This document shows positions 56,755 to 64,000 of a stretch of 64,000 bases of DNA, piece by piece; the first letter of the stretch is position 1, and the number at the start of each line of letters is the position of its first letter. The stretch comes from an uncultured virus (IMG/VR IMGVR_UViG_3300032330_000970). Its lineage: Duplodnaviria > Heunggongvirae > Uroviricota > Caudoviricetes. Below the pieces are notes generated by a model, which did no database searches, was not told where the DNA came from, and saw nothing but the letters and a program-made list of their open reading frames with translations. Location: IMG/VR virus record IMGVR_UViG_3300032330_000970; one strand, 5' to 3'. Both the position numbers and the translations under genes were made by a program.

Positions 56755-57084
56755 TTAGGCAGACCACCAACCAACGTTGGGAGGAAATGCGCTTTTCTTC
56801 TTTGTGATATCCGCACCCTGACCGGGAACTTGAGGCTGCCCCGGCTTTTGATTTTGAGGGATTGCGGGAGCTTGCACTGGTTGCGGTGGAACTGTATCAG
56901 TAATTTGCTTTTGACCCGCTGCTACCAGTTTGTCGTATTCACTTTTGATAATAGCGTCAATGCTTGCAACACCGGTCAACAAGTCTTCAATCCGCGGAAG
57001 AGTGCTCGCCGCACCCGTATTCTTTGGGAGGATGTTCTGTGGGGAATAATCGTCAGCCTGATGAATGCCTGAAAGCAATTCCAT
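56755..57084 (-). CDS. P/Q-rich hypothetical protein
   Basis: Has its own leaderless promoter. Confidence 0.65.
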   Translation of the reverse strand: MELLSGIHQADDYSPQNILPKNTGAASTLPRIEDLLTGVASIDAIIKSEYDKLVAAGQKQITDTVPPQPVQAPAIPQNQKPGQPQVPGQGADITKKKSAFPPNVGWWSA

Positions 57085-57090
57085 TAACCA

Positions 57091-57118
57091 AGTGTATTTT
57101 GCCAGCCATCTAAGTCAA
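57091..57118 (-). promoter_or_regulatory. Sigma70-type promoter, leaderless
   Basis: TTGACT-N16-TACACT-N6-ATG(57084). Confidence 0.7.
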
Positions 57119-57271
57119 CCCACAAAAATAAATTAAATTTTTAAAATACATATACCCTATTATGGGCTGGCTGGAAGGGGGGTGGGGGAGGGGGTGCGTA
57201 TAGGGGTTGTCCCGCAAACCCACAGCCCGATAGGGCAGGGGGGAGGGGGAAACCAAAAAGGAAACATAACT

Positions 57272-57697
57272 ATGAACAAAGCAATCATTAACTCTAACGA
57301 AGTAACCATCAAACCCGCACGCACGGCCAAGAGTGGCAAGGCACTGAAGGCAGTGTTTGGACGTTGGGATGGCGAGGCACTTGTGACGGATGGCGGAAGG
57401 CTGGCATCTCGCAAGGATTTCGGAACCATCCAAGACATCAAGGGTGCTCAACTCACAACCGAATACGCCAAGGCTCAAGCATCCTTCAACACCCTCGGCG
57501 AAGCCACGCTCGCAAAGGAGCAGAGCGAGGTAGCATCGGGACGGCGAGAGATGAAACGCATCTTCACCAACCCCAAGAATGGGCGAACCATTCTCGAGAC
57601 TGCACCCGCTGACAAGGCGGTGAAGGTTGTCGAAGCCCTCAAGGGATTGCCCCAAGAGGTGCAGGACAAGGTACTGGCCGCCCTCAAGATGGCCTAA
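57272..57697 (+). CDS. Basic K/A-rich stand-alone early protein
   Basis: AAAGGA RBS before ATG 57272; followed by a terminator. Confidence 0.75.
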   Translation: MNKAIINSNEVTIKPARTAKSGKALKAVFGRWDGEALVTDGGRLASRKDFGTIQDIKGAQLTTEYAKAQASFNTLGEATLAKEQSEVASGRREMKRIFTNPKNGRTILETAPADKAVKVVEALKGLPQEVQDKVLAALKMA

Positions 57698-57703
57698 CCC
57701 ACT

Positions 57704-57741
57704 AGGGGAGGGGGGAGAGAAATCTCCCCCCTTCTCTTTTT
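57704..57741 (+). terminator. Intrinsic terminator
   Basis: GGGGGGAGA-GAAA-TCTCCCCCC stem, extended by G-U pairs, then TTTTT. Confidence 0.8.
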
Positions 57742-57819
57742 ATATCAAAGAATCCAAGAATCTTAGAATCTATGATACCAAGCTTAATGTATAAGTCGCA
57801 CAATACATCTTGTATCAAA

Positions 57820-58275
57820 TTACACGTCGATGGTCGGCTTCGGTGCATCGTCGGTTCGAAGAATCGCCAAGTTAACCACAGTCTTTCCCATTTGTCCACC
57901 GTTTTGTGTTGCGAGTCCCAAAGCTGGTCGAGCTATTCTGTCCACCTTCTCGAGAACTTCGATATGATCTTTCAATTCCTTCCTGCTTCCAGGCATCTCG
58001 GCTTCGAGGACGTCCAAGCTGTGGTCGACTTGATTAGCAATCCTCGACAGATATCTGGCCTGTTTATCGGTAGCAGTCTGCACAATCTCCCGATCCACCT
58101 TCTGCTTCAGTTGCACAATGTTTGCATCCTTCCGTGCAACCCACTTGCATCGCCTAGCTTTACTAGCCAAAGTGTTAAGGCTCAGACAATACTGCGATGC
58201 AATGAAGCTACGACTCTTGCCTCCAACGAAGTCACGTTCAACCGCTTTCCAATCTATAGCCAAGGCTTTAGGCAT
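57820..58275 (-). CDS. terS: Terminase small subunit
   Basis: DWKAVERDFVGG.S...IASQY.LS.NTL..ARR.KW N-terminal HTH, central coiled coil, C-terminal VVNL strand. Confidence 0.7.
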   Translation of the reverse strand: MPKALAIDWKAVERDFVGGKSRSFIASQYCLSLNTLASKARRCKWVARKDANIVQLKQKVDREIVQTATDKQARYLSRIANQVDHSLDVLEAEMPGSRKELKDHIEVLEKVDRIARPALGLATQNGGQMGKTVVNLAILRTDDAPKPTIDV

Positions 58276-58281
58276 AAGCCT

Positions 58282-58310
58282 AGCTTATCGGGCATTGTGC
58301 ATAAGGTCAA
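58282..58310 (-). promoter_or_regulatory. Sigma70-type promoter, leaderless (terS)
   Basis: TTGACC-N17-TAAGCT-N6-ATG(58275). Confidence 0.7.
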
Positions 58311-58432
58311 TGCATCTTTGAATCAAGGAATCAACGATGCCGTGCATCCTGTGCACAATCAACCTTCATCCCCCCTGCCTTTCGGGTCGTTCCCGAAGGG
58401 GGAGGGGGAACCGCAGCGTATAAGGAGTACAT

Positions 58433-58909
58433 ATGAATAACACATACCTACAAGACTTCGGAACCTTACGCCGTGCAATGCACGACCGAGAGGTTAATGA
58501 CCCTATGTCCAGTGCTGGTCGTTGGGATGACCTGCAACTTGACCTACGCAAACCCCATATCCCGAAGCCTCGTCGGGACAATGTCCCCGCTAACCGCAGC
58601 TTGACTGTGGGCGGTGTGACGATTGGCCTCAAGGCTAACGTGAGTGGCGAGGTGACTACTGCCCTTGGCTTTGTATCCCGCGGGGCTTACAAGCACCAGT
58701 TGGTTACCCCCAAGGCTCACAACTACCGCAGGGCTATGACCGAGGCTGGCAAGCCCGAGCAGACCAAGCTATTCCTCGATGTGGCTCCCAAGTATATGTC
58801 CATCCGCGATGGTATCAGATTCCATATCAGGAAGGTTCGGTTCGGTAGGTCTCCCGCCCGCAGTTTGGAAGCTGTGCGGTTGCTGTGGCCTTTGAGGAAC
58901 TCCCGATGA
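58433..58909 (+). CDS. Basic hypothetical early protein
   Basis: TAAGGAG RBS; first gene of the early operon. Confidence 0.7.
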   Translation: MNNTYLQDFGTLRRAMHDREVNDPMSSAGRWDDLQLDLRKPHIPKPRRDNVPANRSLTVGGVTIGLKANVSGEVTTALGFVSRGAYKHQLVTPKAHNYRRAMTEAGKPEQTKLFLDVAPKYMSIRDGIRFHIRKVRFGRSPARSLEAVRLLWPLRNSR

Positions 58910-59157
58910 AGTGTGTCATCTGTGACGATCTTATCGAGGCCGAGCGTATCAACCTAGGTTTCTCCAAGTGCAAGGGCTGTGCGTTCCTGCACCCCGAAGA
59001 GAAGGTCAAAGGTGCGATGGTTTACTTGGATAAGACTGGCGGGGCAATCAATGTGATGAGTCCCGAAAGCTTTGATAACTACAAACGAATTTCGCGCAGG
59101 GTCGGTCAGCGTTCGGCACTAAGGAATGTGCTGGACAATGGCGGTCGCTCGCAATAA
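58906..59157 (+). CDS. TraR/DksA-like C4 zinc-finger protein
   Basis: CVIC..IEAERINLG..CKGC; GAGG RBS. Confidence 0.6.
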   Translation: MKCVICDDLIEAERINLGFSKCKGCAFLHPEEKVKGAMVYLDKTGGAINVMSPESFDNYKRISRRVGQRSALRNVLDNGGRSQ

Positions 59158-59178
59158 CCAAAAGGAGACACAAACCAA

Positions 59179-59463
59179 ATGAGAGGTAGACCCATCGATC
59201 TCAAACACGTCGTGACCAATGCCAGCCAAGCTTATTATAATCGCAGACTGAATAAGAAAGACTGGCAAAGGAATGTCAAGATGGCCAGACGCACTAGCCG
59301 AACGACCATCGCGCTCAAGCGGAAAGAAGGCTTGGAATATCAGTATGCGTTGACTGACATCCATCGGGCGATCATCAAGAAAGCTATGATGACCCCCGAT
59401 GAAGCTTATCAACGAAACAAGGTAACCAAGAAGCTAGGGCTTGCTTGGGTTATGTGCGGATGA
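59179..59463 (+). CDS. Basic hypothetical protein
   Basis: AAAGGAG RBS. Confidence 0.75.
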   Translation: MRGRPIDLKHVVTNASQAYYNRRLNKKDWQRNVKMARRTSRTTIALKRKEGLEYQYALTDIHRAIIKKAMMTPDEAYQRNKVTKKLGLAWVMCG

Positions 59464-59533
59464 GTGCCGAGAGATTACTGCTGTGGAGTTGGCTGTTCAT
59501 GCTGACTCCGTCACCCAAGCTTCGGCACGGAAA

Positions 59534-59603
59534 CAACTAGGCGGATAGACCAACTGACCTGCTGCCCGCGGGTAGGTCAGAAGTCTGGCCGATAGGCTGG
59601 AAA
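59534..59603 (+). repeat. Intergenic structured element, copy A
   Basis: TAGAC-hairpin-GTCTGGCCGATAGGCTGGAAA. Confidence 0.65.
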
Positions 59604-59638
59604 TGAAAGTAACACTAACCAAGAAAGAATCAGTAAAT

Positions 59639-59872
59639 ATGAAACTGAATAACGAAGGTAAGATAGTCATTGAAGTGAAACACGGCGTGTCATCAGACGG
59701 GAGTCTGAACGGCCGTTACTATATGGCCAGCATGGAAGGCTGGACTGGTGAGGGCTTGACCGAAGCGGACGCGGTGCGCGATGTGCATCAGTCCCGTGCG
59801 GAAGCTTTGACCAAGCTTCACCACAACAACCGCGTGTTTGGAACGCGCCTAAACTTCGAGGTGGTCTCGTGA
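59639..59872 (+). CDS. Hypothetical protein (HicB-like fold possible)
   Basis: YYMA..GWTGEGLTEADAV resembles the HicB G.T.EEA pattern; weak. Confidence 0.6.
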   Translation: MKLNNEGKIVIEVKHGVSSDGSLNGRYYMASMEGWTGEGLTEADAVRDVHQSRAEALTKLHHNNRVFGTRLNFEVVS

Positions 59873-60009
59873 GTTGGGCGGAGTTCTTTGAGGTGATGAC
59901 GATCATCATCCAACTCGTGTGTGCGTTTCTGGTAATCCCTAGTTGCCTAGTCGCAGCTACGATTCTTCTACACCGCCTTCTCAAGATGGCCGCGGAGGAA
60001 TTGAATTGA
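59869..60009 (+). CDS. Small membrane protein (46 aa, not in ORF track)
   Basis: GTGA overlap and GAGG RBS; MSWAEFFEVMTIIIQLVCAFLVIPSCLVAATILL. Confidence 0.55.
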   Translation: MSWAEFFEVMTIIIQLVCAFLVIPSCLVAATILLHRLLKMAAEELN

Positions 60010-60359
60010 AAGCTGGCGACAAGCTATGGGTCGATGCCCAAATGATTGAGATCTTGAAAGGTCACAATCTTGGGCGGAAGTTCCGCTTGAACACTGGCGT
60101 GGTCGAGGTAGCTGGCGACATCTACACCGATGACACGATGGTGCCGAAGGAACTGAATGTGAAAATCGGTGATGCCCGTTGGGTCAGCCTGCCTTTGGGT
60201 GAGCTGGAACGTCCGTGGCGTTACCCAACCTTCCGCCGTTTGCTTGCGGTTATCCGCTCGTGGACTGGTGACTGGTTGTTCCGTGCTCGCAAGAAAGAGC
60301 AGGGAATCGACATCGAAGAAACAATTAACAATGAGGAGAACGACAATGATCAAAGTTAA
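60006..60359 (+). CDS. Hypothetical protein
   Basis: GGAGG RBS; TTG start overlapping the previous stop. Confidence 0.6.
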   Translation: MKAGDKLWVDAQMIEILKGHNLGRKFRLNTGVVEVAGDIYTDDTMVPKELNVKIGDARWVSLPLGELERPWRYPTFRRLLAVIRSWTGDWLFRARKKEQGIDIEETINNEENDNDQS

Positions 60360-60531
60360 GCTTGGTTGGGGGTGGATGCGTTTCCACTTCTTCGCAAACA
60401 GATTCAACAACGCCATCGTGGCTAACGTGGAGTTTCGGCCTCTCGGTTTTGAATTCTACCGCGGTAGTCATTCGGCAATCATCTACTTGGAGCTTGTCAT
60501 CGGCACGCTGATGATCAAGTTGAGCAAATGA
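60346..60531 (+). CDS. Hypothetical protein
   Basis: GAGGAG RBS before ATG 60346. Confidence 0.6.
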   Translation: MIKVKLGWGWMRFHFFANRFNNAIVANVEFRPLGFEFYRGSHSAIIYLELVIGTLMIKLSK

Positions 60532-60695
60532 AAGCTGACAAATACTTAGATACTTGTACAGAAGCAGAGTGTGAGTTTGTATACGAGAGATTTTATGGCC
60601 AATCGACGCATGAATTGGTTGAAGATCTCCTAAGTTACATTGACCACGAACCTATCAAACAATTAGTCGAAAACTATAGAAAGGAAACCAAATGA
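60528..60695 (+). CDS. Hypothetical protein (55 aa, not in ORF track)
   Basis: ATGA overlaps at both ends. Confidence 0.6.
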   Translation: MKADKYLDTCTEAECEFVYERFYGQSTHELVEDLLSYIDHEPIKQLVENYRKETK

Positions 60696-61081
60696 GTTAC
60701 CCAATCGAAGTCGTGGCCGAGAAGGGAACGCTCCAGCGCAGGCTGGGTCTGACCCCTATCGACCGAACCTCAACGGCAGACTTCCCGAAAGGGAAGGTGA
60801 CCATCAGAACAAACAGAATTCCAACAACATCAGAGGGCGGAGCTTATGCGTTCTACTACTCAAACCCCAAAGGTTACAGAGCAGTGTGTCACGTCGGCCC
60901 TGTGTTTGAATACACAAGCCAAGGAAGAGTTGCCAGTGAGGAAATCTATTATCACTTCAACTCTGGTTGCTTGAAGAAAACTCAACTCGACGCGTTTGTC
61001 GGAACCATCAAGGCCATCGAAGCCAAGGTCGATGCCCTTATGAGAAAGGAATCCAATGGCTACCAAGACGAAATCAGTTAA
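60692..61081 (+). CDS. Hypothetical protein
   Basis: AAAGGA RBS. Confidence 0.7.
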   Translation: MSYPIEVVAEKGTLQRRLGLTPIDRTSTADFPKGKVTIRTNRIPTTSEGGAYAFYYSNPKGYRAVCHVGPVFEYTSQGRVASEEIYYHFNSGCLKKTQLDAFVGTIKAIEAKVDALMRKESNGYQDEIS

Positions 61082-61391
61082 GCAGAAGCTGACCAATGCC
61101 CAGCTTGAGAGGATAAAGATTCAGGGCTTTATTAGCATCTATGCCGATGACGAGCACAAAGAAAACATCATCCTAGCCGATGGCTTGGACAAAGCTTTCA
61201 TTGGGCTTGCCTATCGAGATGGTGAACACGGAGCACAAGTGGCGGTGTATGGAATTTTTTCCTGCATCGACACACTCGTGAAACAAAACAAATGGGATTG
61301 GGACGAAGCTGAAGAATACTTCAACTTCAATACCCGCTGGGCTTATGTCGGCGAGTATACCCCAATGTTCATTGAGGAGATGCCACGATGA
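61056..61391 (+). CDS. Conserved phage hypothetical protein
   Basis: ADGLDKAFIG..VAVY..EAEEYFNFN..AYVGEYTP pattern, common in aquatic phages. Confidence 0.75.
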   Translation: MATKTKSVKQKLTNAQLERIKIQGFISIYADDEHKENIILADGLDKAFIGLAYRDGEHGAQVAVYGIFSCIDTLVKQNKWDWDEAEEYFNFNTRWAYVGEYTPMFIEEMPR

Positions 61392-61636
61392 CTGCCAAGC
61401 TGACACCTCAAGAGATTAGGCAAGGCGACACCGTGTGGTGGCGCGGAAGCTTTGGCAATGATGGCTGGGAGAAGGCGAAGGTTCATCGGATTGAACTCGT
61501 TCGCCCAGGCCAAAAAGAAAACGGACTCCTTGTGCCTTGGGTGCCTACAACCATTATCGAGAACTGTGTTTTCGATTTGGACAATGGGCATTGGGCATAT
61601 GGATATCAAATCAAACCAGTGGAGGAAACACTATGA
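61388..61636 (+). CDS. Hypothetical protein
   Basis: GDTVWWRGSFG..LDNGHWAYGYQI; GAGGAG RBS. Confidence 0.75.
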   Translation: MTAKLTPQEIRQGDTVWWRGSFGNDGWEKAKVHRIELVRPGQKENGLLVPWVPTTIIENCVFDLDNGHWAYGYQIKPVEETL

Positions 61637-61884
61637 GCGTGCAACAACTAAACTGCGGAACTATGATAACAGGAGAAAGCATCAATAGGTTTCGCCTATT
61701 GATGGCAATCCAAGGCTTGGAGACTCACATTCGATCGGGTGGTCGGATGCGTGTGTCACGAGGCGTAACACCGAAACTTTGTATGGGGATTGTGAGTGGG
61801 TTCACTCGCAAGAAATACAAGAGGACAGACGCGCAGAAAGCGGCTGATGATGGCCGTAACTTCTTAGCTCTGAATGGACTATGA
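61633..61884 (+). CDS. Hypothetical protein
   Basis: GGAGG RBS; ATG 61633. Confidence 0.7.
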   Translation: MSVQQLNCGTMITGESINRFRLLMAIQGLETHIRSGGRMRVSRGVTPKLCMGIVSGFTRKKYKRTDAQKAADDGRNFLALNGL

Positions 61885-62027
61885 GCATCGACCCTAAGCA
61901 AGACGGAGCTAACGGAGGTTATACCGAGGAGGAGCGAGAGATTGTCGAGCAATGTAAGTTCGACGAATACATCGCCACCAAGGATCTAGACGAGGACGGA
62001 GAGTCTGAGTCGGAATCTGAAGAGTAG
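61881..62027 (+). CDS. Small acidic protein (48 aa, not in ORF track)
   Basis: MSIDPKQDG..DLDEDGESESESEE*; ATGA overlap. Confidence 0.55.
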   Translation: MSIDPKQDGANGGYTEEEREIVEQCKFDEYIATKDLDEDGESESESEE

Positions 62028-62094
62028 TTGTCGCCTAGACACTCTGCCCCGTCGCTCGGACGGCGGGGTAGCAGTCTGGCCGATCGGCTGGAAA
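62025..62094 (+). repeat. Intergenic structured element, copy B
   Basis: TAGAC-hairpin-GTCTGGCCGATCGGCTGGAAA. Confidence 0.65.
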
Positions 62095-62124
62095 CAAACG
62101 AAAACCAAAATGAAAGGACACAAT

Positions 62125-62442
62125 ATGGAACTAACAATACCATCAGAAGTGGTAGATGAGTTCGGTCGGGCGACCGAGTGGCTCAAACTATCCAATGAGA
62201 AACGCAAAGAATATCGGACTCTATTCCTAGAATCCGCGAAGCAAGGAATCAAAAGCTGGGTGGGCCAGCACTTCACGGTTCAGATGGATGAGCACGATAA
62301 GGCAAGACTTGCCAAACCTTTGCTCAAATCCAACCTGCTCAAGTATCTGACGCCAGAGCAAGTCAACCACATCATCGATGCTTCAACAGTATCGAGCGAA
62401 GAGTGGCACTTTACGGCGCGAAGGATTCCGACAGGTGAGTGA
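62125..62442 (+). CDS. Hypothetical protein
   Basis: GAAAGGA RBS before ATG 62125. Confidence 0.7.
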   Translation: MELTIPSEVVDEFGRATEWLKLSNEKRKEYRTLFLESAKQGIKSWVGQHFTVQMDEHDKARLAKPLLKSNLLKYLTPEQVNHIIDASTVSSEEWHFTARRIPTGE

Positions 62443-62644
62443 GGCTGTAAAGATTGCAAACGAGATAACAAAGTGGGATGGCTACGCTTTGTTTGACAAA
62501 GACAATGTATTACTCAACGACCAGTTATTCACACACTACGAACGGGCGCAGAAGATTGCCGCCTGTTACGAGAATGGTGAAGCCATCATCTGGAAAGTTG
62601 AACTGAACAGAAAGGAAAAAGTCAATGATAATTACGTCATCTAG
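62435..62644 (+). CDS. Hypothetical protein
   Basis: GTG start overlapping the previous gene. Confidence 0.55.
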   Translation: MSEAVKIANEITKWDGYALFDKDNVLLNDQLFTHYERAQKIAACYENGEAIIWKVELNRKEKVNDNYVI

Positions 62645-64000
62645 AAACACGCCAGTATCGAGCGGGGTTACCGACACGATCGACTACAAGATCGATGTGT
62701 CCAATCTCGGTCACATTGCCAGTATCCTACGCAAAGCTTACTCTGACCCGATCAGAGCGGTTGTGCGTGAGTATGGCACCAATGCCTGCGAGGGTCACAT
62801 CCTCAATGGTAAAACCAACAAGCCCATCCAAGTCTCGCTTCCGACTGGTATGAAGCCAGTCTTTACGATTCGTGACTTCGGCCCTGGACTTGGCAAGGAG
62901 AAGTTCCAAGAGTTGTTCTGCTCGTATGGCGGTAGCGACAAGCGGGCAAGCAACGCCTTCACGGGCTGTCTTGGTATCGGTTGCAAATCGTATGGTGCCT
63001 ATACGGATGCCATTACGGTAGTCGATTGCAACGATGGCATAAAGCGTATCTGGAACTGCCACATTGACGAGAGTGAGGTGGGCAAGGCGTCGCTATTAAC
63101 CGAGGCCAAGACCAACGAACCCTCTGGCGTTGAGATATCGATTCCAGTTCGGCCACAAGACATTAGTAGATTCCGCGAAACTGCGATGCAAGTCTATCGT
63201 GTCTTTGATGTTCGTCCCGACATCGTTAACCTATCGCCAGAAGAGAAGAAAGCATATGCCACTCAGACATACAAGGATGGCATTATCAAAGGAACCAACT
63301 GGTCTTTCAATGGTGAAGGCCAAAGCTGGCTCCAGATGGGTCTTGTGCTTTACCCGCTCAAGTCCGACTTCTCTGGCTCACCAGTAATCAAACAGTTGAT
63401 TGATGCTGGAGTCTACGTGAGGGTCGATCTTGGCGATGTTCAAGTCGCTCCGTCTCGTGAGGACTTGCAGTATTCGCAGAAGACAATCCAAGGCTTGGTC
63501 AAGCATCTCAATCCAGTCATTGACTCGATGGGGTCGACCTTGCTTGCCGACATTCAAGCGGCTCCAGATTACTTCCAAGCTCACTTGATCTTGCGTAGGT
63601 TCACTGGCACTGGCGGATATAGTTCCTCCAGTTTCCGTGAAGGCATTGTCAAGAAGCTGAAAGGCAAGCTGAAGTGGAAGGGAATCGATATGCATGACGA
63701 TAATCGCATCCCCTTGTGTGCTTCGCCTCTCAAGAAAGATCAGACTGAAATCGAGTTGCTTAAGTCTCACGGCATCACTGCTATGAGTATAGGCAAGCGT
63801 AGTTGGGGCAAGGCTAAGTTCAATGTCGATCGCTCCGTTGACGAGCTGATTGTCCACAAGGACACACTCGTCATGGTCAACGATACTGGCACTGGCTCTG
63901 GTGAAGCTCGCGTTCGTCACTGGTTGATGAACGGTGGTCCGTCTGGCGCGACCGTGACTATCATCAACTTCAAAAACGGTGGCAGGGAGTTCCTTAACAA
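62625..64000 (+). CDS. rIIA: rIIA-like GHKL (HATPase_c) protein, 3' truncated; missing from ORF track
   Basis: AAAGGA RBS; YSDPIRAVVREYGTNA, FTIRDFGPGL, YGGSDKRASNAFTGCLGIGCKS..AYTD. Confidence 0.85.
   Translation, partial: MIITSSRNTPVSSGVTDTIDYKIDVSNLGHIASILRKAYSDPIRAVVREYGTNACEGHILNGKTNKPIQVSLPTGMKPVFTIRDFGPGLGKEKFQELFCSYGGSDKRASNAFTGCLGIGCKSYGAYTDAITVVDCNDGIKRIWNCHIDESEVGKASLLTEAKTNEPSGVEISIPVRPQDISRFRETAMQVYRVFDVRPDIVNLSPEEKKAYATQTYKDGIIKGTNWSFNGEGQSWLQMGLVLYPLKSDFSGSPVIKQLIDAGVYVRVDLGDVQVAPSREDLQYSQKTIQGLVKHLNPVIDSMGSTLLADIQAAPDYFQAHLILRRFTGTGGYSSSSFREGIVKKLKGKLKWKGIDMHDDNRIPLCASPLKKDQTEIELLKSHGITAMSIGKRSWGKAKFNVDRSVDELIVHKDTLVMVNDTGTGSGEARVRHWLMNGGPSGATVTIINFKNGGREFLN

Noticed and set aside
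57110..58440. ORFs 57110..57655(-) and 57772..58440(+)
   Set aside because: They are antisense to better-supported genes that have an RBS, promoter or terminator.
59940..60026. Apparent third long hairpin (GTCGCAGCT/AGCTGGCGAC) similar to elements A and B
   Set aside because: It lies entirely within two overlapping coding regions (59869-60009 and 60006-60359) and lacks the conserved 21-nt tail.
62727..63920. ORF-track calls 62727..63062, 63130..63387 and 63378..63920
   Set aside because: All overlap the open rIIA-like frame starting at 62625, which the track omitted because it has no stop in the window.
1..64000. tRNAs, reverse transcriptase/DGR/retron, integrase, guide-RNA arrays, stop-codon recoding
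   Set aside because: None recognised by eye. Genes tile densely under the standard code with TAA, TAG and TGA all used as stops. Dedicated scans (tRNAscan, Infernal, repeat finders) were not run.

Overview
This window is a 64-kb internal slice of a tailed dsDNA phage genome with podovirus-like organisation. The host is probably Gram-negative, because the lysis cassette includes lipoprotein/spanin-type genes; the host taxon cannot be read from the sequence. Layout: (i) 1-2.6 kb, small + strand early/accessory genes (GP88-like, a candidate histone-fold protein, an HhH DNA-glycosylase-like protein). (ii) 2.7-43.8 kb, a minus-strand morphogenesis arm: TerL, portal, scaffold, major capsid, lysis cassette, tail fibre/Ig/NHL proteins, tail tube A/B-like proteins, ejection proteins including a 3695-aa polyvalent protein, a GH73 hydrolase, and Dps-like and small basic proteins. 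(iii) 43.8-56.8 kb, a plus-strand replication arm: resolvase, SF2 helicase, a split DUF2800/Cas4-like nuclease, SSB-like protein, PolA, primase-helicase, 3D-domain protein, HtrA, glycosyltransferase and dCMP deaminase, with a G/C-repeat ori-like region. (iv) 57-64 kb, a displaced TerS and small early genes, ending in an rIIA-like GHKL ATPase that runs off the window. Most notable observations: a possible sigma-70-like (region 2 + region 4) module inside the giant ejected helicase/peptidase protein, while the early region shows its own repeated motifs and no obvious host-type promoters; a phage histone candidate; about 10 TTGAC-N16/17 promoters, mostly leaderless; a structured capsid-gene leader with twin identical-loop hairpins and a pseudoknot; twin covarying RNA elements between early genes; and a promoter-aligned ~90-nt rod RNA. 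All assignments come from motif recognition by eye; no database searches or folding programs were run.
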